Shown one piece after another: positions 37,478-47,691 of a stretch of 64,000 bases of DNA. Origin of the DNA: a virus (lineage: Duplodnaviria; Caudoviricetes); the IMG/VR virus record IMGVR_UViG_3300028887_000070, positions 32,001 through 96,000 of that record, one strand, 5' to 3'. Each line of letters begins with the position of its first letter. The stretch's first letter is position 1. The notes under the pieces were generated by a model. That model ran no database searches, had not been told where the DNA came from, and saw only the letters and a list, made by a program, of their open reading frames with translations. Made by a program: the position numbers and the translations under genes.

Positions 37478-37569
37478 AAACGACGCGAAGGATAGGCTAG
37501 AGCATAACGCTCTAGCCCGTCCCATTTATTTTTTTAGAAAGGAAGTACACATGAACTCTTTCAACCCTT
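37478..37569 (-). ncRNA. Candidate late antisense sRNA (~90 nt)
   Basis: Perfect AACA-TAATGG-TA promoter (37569-37580, minus). The transcript carries an anti-AUG/anti-SD sequence and ends at the ggctagagc/gctctagcc hairpin plus U-run. Confidence 0.45.
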
Positions 37570-37648
37570 ACCATTATGTTACCTGGACGGACTAGATCAC
37601 TACTGACCGAACTTTATAATAATCAAATCTCGTAAAGGAGGGCTTAAC

Positions 37649-38590
37649 ATGCCTAAGAACTATGGTACAACCTACTTATATAACAAGTTTCCCTATGAGG
37701 AGAAAATTTTTAAGTTCATCATGAACGCTGAGCAGATCCCTGTAATGGACAGCTCATTCGACGACGTAAAGTATGAGTTCAAGAAGAGACAGCTCTCTCC
37801 TGCACTCACTAAAGTTCTTACATCTAAGAACGTTATCCTTCTTTCTGCTAAAGACGGAAAGCCTATCAACACTCAGTTCCGTGTATTCTGCTGCAAGGAT
37901 ATCAGAAGCAAGTCTAATGACCTTAAGGTCTTCATAGACGTTACTGGTATTGTATATAGAGACCGTGAAAGCAATGAGTTCAAGTGTCGTAACATCGACA
38001 TACTCATAGCAGACGTTCTGAATGCTATGGTAACTCTTATCTACCACAAGGCAGAAGATAAGATTCTCACTGTAACCATCGTTGAGCAGGCTATGAATGC
38101 TTTCTCTAGTCTTATGACACATGTAGTAGATTATCTCACTAAGATATCTGCTATCCCGTCAACTAAGAGTAAGTGTCAGTATCTCTGCTGCATCTACTTC
38201 GTAAGAAACATACTCTGCAAAAACTTTGACACAAATATGAAGCGTGTAGCTGGTAAGATCTGCGGACTCTCTGAAAGAGAACAGGATATGATCATCGCTA
38301 GCATAGACGAGGAAGATGACTTCATCAACCTCAAGTTCTTCATTGACTGTCTCTCTAGATCTATAAAGGCTCCTAGCCTCAAGATAGATAACATCGTGGA
38401 CAAGTGGATGTTCCTCTATGGTTCAAACACACCGTTTGCTATGGAGTACTTCCCTGCATTCTCAGCTATGCTGACTGATGCATATACTGGTGCTTACATG
38501 AACAACCAGAAGACAATCGAAAAGGTAATCGGCAACGTTCTCGTATCATATACAAAATCTGTTATTGAGAAAGGCAGTGTTTTAGTATGA
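37649..38590 (+). CDS. Conserved jumbo-phage virion/structural protein
   Basis: Late promoter 37610-37621; heads a structural operon. Confidence 0.6.
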   Translation: MPKNYGTTYLYNKFPYEEKIFKFIMNAEQIPVMDSSFDDVKYEFKKRQLSPALTKVLTSKNVILLSAKDGKPINTQFRVFCCKDIRSKSNDLKVFIDVTGIVYRDRESNEFKCRNIDILIADVLNAMVTLIYHKAEDKILTVTIVEQAMNAFSSLMTHVVDYLTKISAIPSTKSKCQYLCCIYFVRNILCKNFDTNMKRVAGKICGLSEREQDMIIASIDEEDDFINLKFFIDCLSRSIKAPSLKIDNIVDKWMFLYGSNTPFAMEYFPAFSAMLTDAYTGAYMNNQKTIEKVIGNVLVSYTKSVIEKGSVLV

Positions 38591-41586
38591 GCAATTTCAT
38601 AAGAGACGTGTCTGCTCGTTCAAGGGATATTCCCTTGAACGGGCTTCCTGCTATATACGAAGACTATAACTACCCTTCAGATACTACAAACAACTACGAA
38701 GAGCTCGGTAGTACTAGTCATCTGTTCAATCAACAGCCTATACAGCAGGTAGACTCGTATTATAACAATCTCTATAGACACACTATAGAGAGACTTAGAA
38801 CATGCACAGAAACATGGAACGACTATCATAACTCTAATGCGGTTCCTTTCTACATTCAGGAGCCAGTATCAGCGAGAATAAACGATGATACACTCCACAT
38901 GAGAGTCAACTCTGAGGATAGTGGTACATTCGTTCCAGACGCTTCTACATTTGTAGTAGAAGACCATATCATGAATGATAAGGACCTTGTGGCTAGTAGC
39001 GAAGTTATGACTACTAAGAGATTCACTTATCGTCTTAACTTCAATCCATATATGAACAACACAGAGAATCTTGAAGCTATGCATGAAGGGCACTCTCTGA
39101 AGTTCATCAATGGTACTATTCATATAGTATCCAGCTATGCAATACCACCAGTAGATGAGAATGATGAGGGTACTCTTGATACTCTCAATAGTCTTAAGGC
39201 AAACGTATTCGACTTCGATGTCAACAAAGCTATTAAGGCTTCTAAACTCAATGATAACTTCCTCGTTGATATAGCTCCCACGGCAGCTCAAGAAGAAGAC
39301 CTTCTAATAGATGGCGATACACCACTTGCCCTTGGTACTATCATTGATACTGGAATACCTTGCACACAAGAGGAACTTTGGAGAAGAGATATTATTGCCC
39401 CTTTCCTGTTCTTCATAGACGGTCATCCACTTGCTTGGCATAACGTAGTATTTACTTCAGACAAAAGAGATACTTACGTAACTCTTGTAGTTAGAACTAC
39501 CAATCTCAAGAATATAGTGTCTAATGAGCCTTACATTAGATGTGTCGGATTCCCGTTCCCTGTATACTATCTCACACCTAATAACTGGAATGATAGTATG
39601 ATAGAAGGTAAGTATGATCTGTTCTGTTGGAAAGGATTTGATGACACTTGGAGTGATCACATCTATCGTACAAGTAATCAGAGACAGTCAGCTTACAACT
39701 ATCTTCTTTACGCTATATACCCAGTACATGACGATATATACGTAGAAGACTTTGATATCAAGTTTGATGCCCTTCGTAAGTCTAACACAACCATGAATCC
39801 TCTGTACTACAATTACAAGTTCTCCACAAGCAATCTTCCTTATGAGAACAAGATCAAGAGGTCTAATGTCTTCTCATTCTTCTTCACTAAGGATTGTAAA
39901 GATAATACTGGTGCTAGAGGTGTCATCGCTCAGTTCGATAATACTGATCTCATAGATCTTACATGGCATCCATTCAATCATGTTAATGTCAAGGTGAATC
40001 CTGATACTATAGACTATGTAGAGAGATACTATAACAGTGAAGAGCTTAGACCTCTTTCACTCAACAGTATGTACTTCAGAGCTTTCTACAACAAGAAAGT
40101 AGTATATGACCAAGATAACGTTATGAGACTCTGGAACAAGACTCTTGTTAACCAAGATTATGAACGTTATGTAGCGACATTAGAATCAAACATCAAACTC
40201 TTCATAGATCGTATCTATGACCTTGCTCAGGATCCAGTATGGCAGATTCATATGGATATCATGCACTTCGACAACATGGAAGAAGGATCTACTCCTACAG
40301 ACGAGTTCATCTGGTATACGAACTATGAGACTAAGCTTAAGCTTCACGAGATAGCAGACGAAATGTTCTCTACAGATACTCAGATAGTTAAAGACACTAT
40401 CGGTGCTGTCATAGATGATGCCTTCGTAGCAGCTTTCAATCCTGATGCTCTTGATGAATGGTGTCTCCGTAAGAATCTTCCAGAGATGTTTGTCTATGGA
40501 GATAATATGGATCTCATCATCAACAACATTGGTCTTCTGGAAGAAGTGTTCGACTTTAAGTACAGAGATTACAATGACTACTTCAGAGATCTCTATGAAG
40601 CTACAGACTACATCATTGGATACGACCCTGATAAGATAGAGAAGTCTATCATCCATCCTACATTTAGCTATACTAAGACTGGAGCTGAAATGCAGTCTAT
40701 GATCTATATGGATCCAGATGATGGTTCTACTCTTAGAGTACCTATGGTAAATAGTGGTAATAGAGAGTCTAAGCTTATGCTCTTTAAGAATGGCCTTCTC
40801 TATTCTAAGTATAACACTATACGTGAAGATGGTCTCGATATCTTCTTCGAGATGGATAGGATAAATGACTGTCCTAACAACCCAAATGATATATGGGAGT
40901 TCGTATGGTTCCGTAATGTAAACAACGATGTCGTCAAGACAAGCTATCACAACAACACTGACGATAATCGTGCTACTATGTACTGCAGTGCTGGACATAT
41001 AATGGGTCAAACTACTTGGGGTAAGGTAATCGGATGCGATACTTCTGTATTCGCACCAGAAGACCTCATGGTAATGACAAACATCATCGACACTAACCCA
41101 TATAAAGAGAGAATCAAGCAGAACACTGATGCTCAGTTTACTGTAACCAAGTATCCTCTCTACTATCATATCTATTCATATGAAGCTCACCATAACGATC
41201 CTACCTATAATTACTATGGTGTATTCAAGTATATGGAGGACTACAAACTCAATGGTCTTCATAGAGTATCTCGTCAAGGTGGTGGAGAGTATTTCATTCA
41301 ACCACTCATAAGCAACTTCCTCAACTCAAGAAGTGTACGTTTCTCTAGCAATGATCCTAACCCAGATAGAATGGCTGAGTATAAAGCTAAGCCAGGTCTT
41401 GGCTCTCACTGCTTTGCATTCTGCTCCAAGATGAGTAATAGCCATACAGTCTTTGAAGGAGATGTACATGGTATCATACAGGTAGCTAAAGACAATAGCT
41501 GGTTCTATGGTACTAATATCAACCATATTCTTTGTGCTGCAGAAAATCCTCCTGCTTACTATACCATACACAAAGAAGAAGAATAA
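38587..41586 (+). CDS. Large virion structural protein (tail/baseplate-associated)
   Basis: 999 aa; PFLFFIDG and MLFKNGLLY repeats typical of jumbo-phage structural proteins. Confidence 0.6.
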   Translation: MSNFIRDVSARSRDIPLNGLPAIYEDYNYPSDTTNNYEELGSTSHLFNQQPIQQVDSYYNNLYRHTIERLRTCTETWNDYHNSNAVPFYIQEPVSARINDDTLHMRVNSEDSGTFVPDASTFVVEDHIMNDKDLVASSEVMTTKRFTYRLNFNPYMNNTENLEAMHEGHSLKFINGTIHIVSSYAIPPVDENDEGTLDTLNSLKANVFDFDVNKAIKASKLNDNFLVDIAPTAAQEEDLLIDGDTPLALGTIIDTGIPCTQEELWRRDIIAPFLFFIDGHPLAWHNVVFTSDKRDTYVTLVVRTTNLKNIVSNEPYIRCVGFPFPVYYLTPNNWNDSMIEGKYDLFCWKGFDDTWSDHIYRTSNQRQSAYNYLLYAIYPVHDDIYVEDFDIKFDALRKSNTTMNPLYYNYKFSTSNLPYENKIKRSNVFSFFFTKDCKDNTGARGVIAQFDNTDLIDLTWHPFNHVNVKVNPDTIDYVERYYNSEELRPLSLNSMYFRAFYNKKVVYDQDNVMRLWNKTLVNQDYERYVATLESNIKLFIDRIYDLAQDPVWQIHMDIMHFDNMEEGSTPTDEFIWYTNYETKLKLHEIADEMFSTDTQIVKDTIGAVIDDAFVAAFNPDALDEWCLRKNLPEMFVYGDNMDLIINNIGLLEEVFDFKYRDYNDYFRDLYEATDYIIGYDPDKIEKSIIHPTFSYTKTGAEMQSMIYMDPDDGSTLRVPMVNSGNRESKLMLFKNGLLYSKYNTIREDGLDIFFEMDRINDCPNNPNDIWEFVWFRNVNNDVVKTSYHNNTDDNRATMYCSAGHIMGQTTWGKVIGCDTSVFAPEDLMVMTNIIDTNPYKERIKQNTDAQFTVTKYPLYYHIYSYEAHHNDPTYNYYGVFKYMEDYKLNGLHRVSRQGGGEYFIQPLISNFLNSRSVRFSSNDPNPDRMAEYKAKPGLGSHCFAFCSKMSNSHTVFEGDVHGIIQVAKDNSWFYGTNINHILCAAENPPAYYTIHKEEE

Positions 41587-41600
41587 GGAGGTGAATACAT

Positions 41601-43214
41601 ATGGCAACTGCAAGAGTATATTGTGGAGCTTCTGAAGAAGCGATTAGAGAAGCTATCCCTAACAATGTCAACGAACTTACCGTCTATGGTGCTGGTTCAA
41701 ACTTCACACTGACTAAAGAGTTCGTTGATATCGTTCTGTCTCTCAGAGCCACGATTACTACATTCAATCTTGAAGAGATTCATATTATCGGAAGAGAAGC
41801 TTTCAGATACGTTAAGTATATAAAGAGTTCAGCTCCTACTGGACTGTCTATAACTATCAATGCTGATGACACACTCGAAGTGATAGAGCCTTATGCATTC
41901 GCTCAAACTAACGTTCTAAGAAACATTGATCTACCTAAGTCTATCAAGAGAATAGAGAACTGTGCGTTCTTTGATTGTCAAAGACTTCGTAGAGTCAGAT
42001 TCGAGCATGAGGATAATGTATCTTCTCTTGAATATATCGGTATGTCTGCTTTCCAAGACTGTACTAAGCTTGAACAAATAGGACGTTATAATGGAGAAGC
42101 AGATGGTTACTTCCCAGAAGGACTTAAAGTTATAGATGCATATGCATTCGCTAGATGTACAGCATTAACTATAATTTTCTACGCACCAACTACTCTTGAG
42201 TCTATAGGAGCTTACGCATTTGCGTGGTCTGGTATAGGTGGATTCTGGCTACAAGACGGTTTGAACAAGAGAACAGGTACTTTACCCGCGAATGATGAAT
42301 TGAACGCTCCTGCGGATATTACACTGTGCTCAAAGCGCCAGTTTAGGTACTTCCACGTCGACGTAACTCAAGAAGTTAACAGAATAGAACTTCCAGAAGA
42401 GTTTATTACTTGTGTAAACGATGACCAGTTCATGGTTTTCAAGAATGGACGTCTTATACCTCATGGTAGTGTAATGTCTAGACCTGTAGATGGTACACCT
42501 CTCTTTAAGTATGAGATCTATATAGATACACCTAATGCTCAAGAGGGTGACTCTCTCGATATCTTCTACATACCAGAGATACTTACTAATATCAATAGCT
42601 ATGTAGAGAACTTCGGTCAATACAAGACACCAGAGCCTGAGATAGAAGGTATAATAGAAGACTATTCAAATCTTGAATCATACAACTATCTCCCTGCAGA
42701 TCAGAAGGGTTTCATCAAACTTACTACTCCACTCTATAACTTCAGCAATAAGAACTCAATGTTTATCTTTGTCAATGGTAAGAAGGTGGATATAGACCAT
42801 ATCTACGATGTCTCTACATCTACCATGAGAATCACTAAGTTCTTGCAACCTCTTGACATTCTAAACAATGAAGAGACTAAGCACTATCCTATACAGCTTC
42901 TCAACTTCGAGGATAATTACAAGATCAACTCTTTCGTGTTCTCTAAGGATGGACTCTCTCACTCACCAGATCAAGTAAACATAGTTCCATTCGAGTCTCT
43001 TGAGTCTTACAACAAGTTGTCTATACTTGACAGGATGCTCTACAATCTTCCTATAGATAAGCTAGAGACTCTCTTCCCAGTATCTACAAGCGATATGGAT
43101 GAAGATGACTTCGTAGGTGTAAAGTATCCTAGAAACGATGTCATACTTCAGAGACTCTACAATATCAACAAAGAAGCTGGAGACGACGATTGGTGGAGAT
43201 TGTTTAAATCATGA
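41601..43214 (+). CDS. Virion protein with BspA-type leucine-rich repeats (LRR_5)
   Basis: Repeats LEVIEPYAF, IKRIENCAFFDC..L, LEYIGMSAFQDCTKL, LKVIDAYAFARCTAL, LESIGAYAF; C-half FMVFKNGR and FIFVNGKK. Confidence 0.8.
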   Translation: MATARVYCGASEEAIREAIPNNVNELTVYGAGSNFTLTKEFVDIVLSLRATITTFNLEEIHIIGREAFRYVKYIKSSAPTGLSITINADDTLEVIEPYAFAQTNVLRNIDLPKSIKRIENCAFFDCQRLRRVRFEHEDNVSSLEYIGMSAFQDCTKLEQIGRYNGEADGYFPEGLKVIDAYAFARCTALTIIFYAPTTLESIGAYAFAWSGIGGFWLQDGLNKRTGTLPANDELNAPADITLCSKRQFRYFHVDVTQEVNRIELPEEFITCVNDDQFMVFKNGRLIPHGSVMSRPVDGTPLFKYEIYIDTPNAQEGDSLDIFYIPEILTNINSYVENFGQYKTPEPEIEGIIEDYSNLESYNYLPADQKGFIKLTTPLYNFSNKNSMFIFVNGKKVDIDHIYDVSTSTMRITKFLQPLDILNNEETKHYPIQLLNFEDNYKINSFVFSKDGLSHSPDQVNIVPFESLESYNKLSILDRMLYNLPIDKLETLFPVSTSDMDEDDFVGVKYPRNDVILQRLYNINKEAGDDDWWRLFKS

Positions 43215-43295
43215 CGATGATGTGGGTGGAGAAATCCACCCACACTTTACTGTCAGAACTATACTATAATCTACGAAAGGAGATGAAAGTGTCAA

Positions 43296-44090
43296 ATGTC
43301 TACAACAACTGAAATTGCTAATGAAGCAACCTCTCCAGATACTGTCGAGAGGTACGCTGAGTTGATAAATAGGTATGGTGCATTGATTGTTATAGCTGCA
43401 GTGTTCTTAGTGATAATACTTGCTGTGATGGTAATCATGCTGAAGTCCTATCAGAAGACTCAGAATCTAATTCAGACTCAGAACCAAACGATGTTCGAGG
43501 CAATCCTTGACAATCTAGCAAGCTCCAAAGAAGAGAAGACGAAAGATAAAGAAGAGCATAAAGAGCTCGTCGATATCTTTATCAAGATGTCTATCCCTAT
43601 CAGATCCACATTAGAAGTTCTAGCGGACAAGTTGAATGCAGATAGAACGTCAGTGTATGTATTTCATAATGGTACTAACACTAGTCACGGTCTACCATTC
43701 ATCAAAATATCATGTCTAACAGAAGTCATGAAACGGGGAACATTAGTCGCAAGAAAAGTCCTACAACACCAAGGATTACCTTTGAGCACATTCGACAAGA
43801 GTATAAGTTATCTTGTTTCTAGCCAGGTTGGGTATATACTTAACAACGAGGAAGATGACCGCTTCCCAGCTATTAAGAATATGCTTAAGTCGGCTGGAGT
43901 GTTATCGGCAGGATTCCTTGCACTATATGATGATGATAATAACATGCTTGGTATCATCATCTCTGAATTCGCTACAACGAAAACGGAGGAAGAGATGGAA
44001 TCTATCATCGAAGTGATGAAAGATGAAAGTCTCAAGATCATCCCTGTACTTGATTATGCAGACTATCAGGAAAAGAAGAATGAAGAATGA
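43296..44090 (+). CDS. Holin-like membrane protein with C-terminal GAF-like domain (T4 holin T architecture)
   Basis: Single N-terminal TM helix, LNADRTSVYVFHNG...MLGII; late promoter 43257-43268. Confidence 0.55.
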   Translation: MSTTTEIANEATSPDTVERYAELINRYGALIVIAAVFLVIILAVMVIMLKSYQKTQNLIQTQNQTMFEAILDNLASSKEEKTKDKEEHKELVDIFIKMSIPIRSTLEVLADKLNADRTSVYVFHNGTNTSHGLPFIKISCLTEVMKRGTLVARKVLQHQGLPLSTFDKSISYLVSSQVGYILNNEEDDRFPAIKNMLKSAGVLSAGFLALYDDDNNMLGIIISEFATTKTEEEMESIIEVMKDESLKIIPVLDYADYQEKKNEE

Positions 44091-44210
44091 AGCGACAGAG
44101 TCCCCTACCTTAACGGGTAGGGGACTATCTGTATCTTAACTGACGCTACAACTATATATTATTGTCATGTATCCTTGAGAACCAAGCAATCTTGAAAGGA
44201 GAGATTGACA

Positions 44211-44972
44211 ATGAATATGGATGCAAGAAAGAATAGAAGGGTGATAGCTACTATCTTTGTAGCAGCACTCGTATCAGTCATAGTCCTGCTGGTAACTTTC
44301 AGTAGCGATACTAAGAACGATATGGTGACTGCAGAAGGTGAGTCTATTACTACTTCTACAGAGTGTAGAACAACAACCACTATGACAACTTCTACATCAA
44401 CAACCACGAAGAAGACTACAACAAGTACGTCTACTTCGACTACATCCACCACAACCACAGAGACTACTACAGTAGCTACAACAACCGAACAGGTGGTAGA
44501 GACTGAACCAGTAGCTCCAGAACCACATCCAGAGCCTCAGAACTATAATGAACAGATCATAGGAGGCAATGGATCCGTTACTATTAACGGATGGACTTTC
44601 AATAGTCCGATTGATGCACAGTATCTTTATGACCGCTGTGCAGACTATGGAATAGACCCTTCTGTCATGTACGGTGTCATGATGGCAGAGTCAACAATGG
44701 GAACCGCATGTGCAAACTTATGCGGTATCACACCAGTAGCTGCTCAGAGCTACAACAACTCCACTGGTAATGGCTATTGGGATTGGGCTTCCGACCCATA
44801 CCAGAATTTGGAGATATCACTTTACTGCCTTAGCGGAGCCTATGGATATTACGGCAATGGCTCTACTTATGATGCATTGGCAGGCTATAATACTGGCTAC
44901 TACGGCCACGCTGCAGGAAGCTACAGCTGGTATGCAGAGACAGTTATAGGATACGCTAATTCGGCGTATTGA
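44211..44972 (+). CDS. Membrane-anchored lytic transglycosylase (SLT/lysozyme-like) with Thr-rich linker
   Basis: Signal anchor, poly-Thr stalk, YGIDP..MYGVMMAES, DPYQN, ALAGYNTG; early promoter 44153-44162. Confidence 0.8.
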   Translation: MNMDARKNRRVIATIFVAALVSVIVLLVTFSSDTKNDMVTAEGESITTSTECRTTTTMTTSTSTTTKKTTTSTSTSTTSTTTTETTTVATTTEQVVETEPVAPEPHPEPQNYNEQIIGGNGSVTINGWTFNSPIDAQYLYDRCADYGIDPSVMYGVMMAESTMGTACANLCGITPVAAQSYNNSTGNGYWDWASDPYQNLEISLYCLSGAYGYYGNGSTYDALAGYNTGYYGHAAGSYSWYAETVIGYANSAY

Positions 44973-45050
44973 AACAAGCACAAGCACTAAGAGAGAAACC
45001 CAATCACACGTAACAAACTATAGGTTCTCAAATACAAAAAACATGACAGT

Positions 45051-45089
45051 CCGAGGAGAGTGGTTCTCTCCTCGGGCAATTCTTTTTTG
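45051..45089 (+). terminator. Intrinsic terminator
   Basis: ccgaggagag/ctctcctcgg plus U-tract. Confidence 0.75.
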
Positions 45090-45142
45090 TCAGTAGAAGC
45101 CCCCAGAGCGTTTGCCCTGGGGACTGTGTGTTCTGTTAAGGA

Positions 45143-45409
45143 TTAGCCTTCGCCGCCGTTATCATCAGCATTGTCATCGCCGTTGTCATCGCCGCCATTG
45201 TCGTCGATATCTGAACCGCCTTCCTTTGCTTCAGCACCAGCAGGAGCATAGGTAAGGATCACTGTGTCAGAGTAGAGAGCCTCTACTGTAACATCTGTAC
45301 CCTCAGCATCCTCGATAGCCTTGATAGCATCGTTGATCTGGTCAGTAGCCATCTTAGGGTCTGCAGCTATTCTTACAACCTCAACTGCTTTGTTCTTAGG
45401 CATTGCCAT
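45143..45409 (-). CDS. Small late protein with DDNG-repeat tail (possible capsid decoration)
   Basis: Late promoter 45496-45507, GAGGT RBS, own terminator ~45100-45123. Confidence 0.7.
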   Translation of the reverse strand: MAMPKNKAVEVVRIAADPKMATDQINDAIKAIEDAEGTDVTVEALYSDTVILTYAPAGAEAKEGGSDIDDNGGDDNGDDNADDNGGEG

Positions 45410-45560
45410 AGTGTGTTTACCTCGCTTTCTTGATTAGTTTGGAGTATATGTATACTCATCAAAAGGAGAATTTCATAACAGCACCGCTGCTATTTTACTC
45501 ATATGTTAACAAAAAAGAAGGGATGGAACGAGCCATCCCTTCCATTAGGTCTGTTTACAT

Positions 45561-47114
45561 CTATGCAACCTTAGGCTCAAGATCGAGACAAGCCTGAATA
45601 TCATCGAGATCATTCTGATCATAAGCATCCATAGACAGATTAACAAAGCTGTTGAGACAGATGAGATTGTTAGTCTGAAGAGATACATTAGTCTCAAACA
45701 GACCAGTGTTTCTGGAGATCTGTCCAACGTAACGTGGGTTGAATACTTCCATACATGCCTTGAGGAACTCCTGATTGATGATGTACATACAGTTCAGAGT
45801 ATCGCCATCGAAGTCTGCATTGAGTCCAGAGAGGATCTCAAGTGGCAGGGACATAGCATATGAATCGAAGTGGATTCCTACTACCTGCATCTGAAGAACT
45901 GACAGAGACCAGATAGACGGATTACGATTGATAAGTACTCCGACATACTCGGAGTTAACTATGTTCATCATAATGTCATAGATCTCTCTGCTTGGATTGA
46001 TAGTTGCCATGAACCACTTCTGATATGCAATGTGACGAGGCATAGTCTTTGAGAGGATATTAACTATTCTGAACTCAAGGAGTTCTACCATAGTTGCATA
46101 TGGAAGTATAACCTGATCTATCTCAAGATCACTATTCGGAACGATTACCGATCTAGCACAGAAGTTATATCTACCACCTATAGTAGAACGTACAAGTCCC
46201 TTCTTATGAGAGAGCTGCTTCTCGAGATCTGCATAGATCTCCATCCACTTAGACTGCATTCTATATAGGATCTGTTTAGCAGGCTTACCAGTACGTCTAG
46301 AGACAAGCTGGTTACGATTGACTCTTGTAGCCTGAGCTGCAAGTATATTGTATAGAGAGTTGTTACCGTCAAAGTTGAACTGACTGTCGTCAAGATTGAA
46401 CGGTCTCAACTGTGTAGTGTATACAGGAATAGAGTGAGTGAACACAATGTCCTTATACTTCATGATGTGTTCATAGTACTCCATCTTCTCTGGTTTCTTA
46501 ACATGTTTGTTTCTATAGAACTCCATGATCTCGTCAAAGCGATCACGGAATGCAAGTATACCCAATCCTACGAATGGGCTACTCTTACTAGGCTTCACCT
46601 CAATAGGTTTACCATCTACATCTATCTTATCATCATTGTCTATGATTGCATCAAACTCCTTAGCACCAATGAATGCAGAGATAGACTTGAACATATTAGG
46701 ATGAATCAGACAATACTTCTCGTCTATACAGATCCATCCAAACTTCTCGAAGTCATCACCCATATAGTCTACAGGCTGATGACAGAACTCACAGATCTGT
46801 CCATAGTGCAATCTACCATTGAGATGATTACACTTGCATCTGTAACGGTTAGAGTATGCATCCTGATCATTCAGTGTGGGACCGAAGAATGAAGAGAAGA
46901 TACTCTTGTCTGACTTAAGGTCTTTCTTGATATCCTGACGCTTCTCGATGATCATACCTTTGCCTCTCATAAGGTCAGCTTCTCTTTCTTTATCAAGGTC
47001 TATTAGTTCAAGAGACGTCTCATATCTATACTGTTGTCTTGTTTTGGGATTTGATGATACGGGTATTACGGAAAGAGTTGTCCTCTTTTCGTATCTTTGG
47101 TAGTCGCTTAACAT
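45561..47114 (-). CDS. rpoC: Non-virion RNA polymerase beta' N-terminal subunit (AR9 gp270-like)
   Basis: Zn ribbon CKC...CEFC, FGWI, IPVY...LRP, KKGLVR....GRYNFCARSVI, INRNPS and catalytic LNADFDGD. Confidence 0.92.
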   Translation of the reverse strand: MLSDYQRYEKRTTLSVIPVSSNPKTRQQYRYETSLELIDLDKEREADLMRGKGMIIEKRQDIKKDLKSDKSIFSSFFGPTLNDQDAYSNRYRCKCNHLNGRLHYGQICEFCHQPVDYMGDDFEKFGWICIDEKYCLIHPNMFKSISAFIGAKEFDAIIDNDDKIDVDGKPIEVKPSKSSPFVGLGILAFRDRFDEIMEFYRNKHVKKPEKMEYYEHIMKYKDIVFTHSIPVYTTQLRPFNLDDSQFNFDGNNSLYNILAAQATRVNRNQLVSRRTGKPAKQILYRMQSKWMEIYADLEKQLSHKKGLVRSTIGGRYNFCARSVIVPNSDLEIDQVILPYATMVELLEFRIVNILSKTMPRHIAYQKWFMATINPSREIYDIMMNIVNSEYVGVLINRNPSIWSLSVLQMQVVGIHFDSYAMSLPLEILSGLNADFDGDTLNCMYIINQEFLKACMEVFNPRYVGQISRNTGLFETNVSLQTNNLICLNSFVNLSMDAYDQNDLDDIQACLDLEPKVA

Positions 47115-47172
47115 GGGCTAGATTCCTCCTTGTGTTATATTATAGAATCGTTACGGGTTCCATAACTTCCTA

Positions 47173-47691
47173 CTACTCGAAGATCTCACTAACAGTCTGA
47201 ATACCATCGTTGAACTCTTCGAAGAATCTATACTGCTTCTTTACTGAGATCTCGTATGAGTTTACTACGATCTCTGGATCGGGAACGAAGTACTCACCAT
47301 ACTTCTCAAGTATTCCACATCTACGAACGATTGTGTTTAACTTCTTTAGCGTCATATTCTCATCGAACTCGATATCCTCGTTCGCAGTGATATCGATGCC
47401 TTCGATTGAGGAGCCGTCTGATAACTTGCCGAACTCTGTTTTGATCTCAAAGGTAAAGTTACCTTCTGTATCTTGTTCAGCAATAACTTTGATACTATTG
47501 ATGACTATCACCTTAGACTTCACTATCTCAGGTGGTTCTTCATCTTCTTCTTTCTTTATATTAGGTGGCTTATAGTTAGAGAGCATCTTGTCTCTCGTAG
47601 CTTGGTCTACAGAACTTAGAAGAACATACCCTTGCTGTTGCGGCTTCTTGGGTTCTTCTCCATCCTCGAAAATCAGTTCGACTGTCGCCAT
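47173..47691 (-). CDS. Hypothetical protein
   Basis: AAGGAGG RBS; early promoter TACATACTAT at 47714-47723. Confidence 0.75.
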   Translation of the reverse strand: MATVELIFEDGEEPKKPQQQGYVLLSSVDQATRDKMLSNYKPPNIKKEEDEEPPEIVKSKVIVINSIKVIAEQDTEGNFTFEIKTEFGKLSDGSSIEGIDITANEDIEFDENMTLKKLNTIVRRCGILEKYGEYFVPDPEIVVNSYEISVKKQYRFFEEFNDGIQTVSEIFE

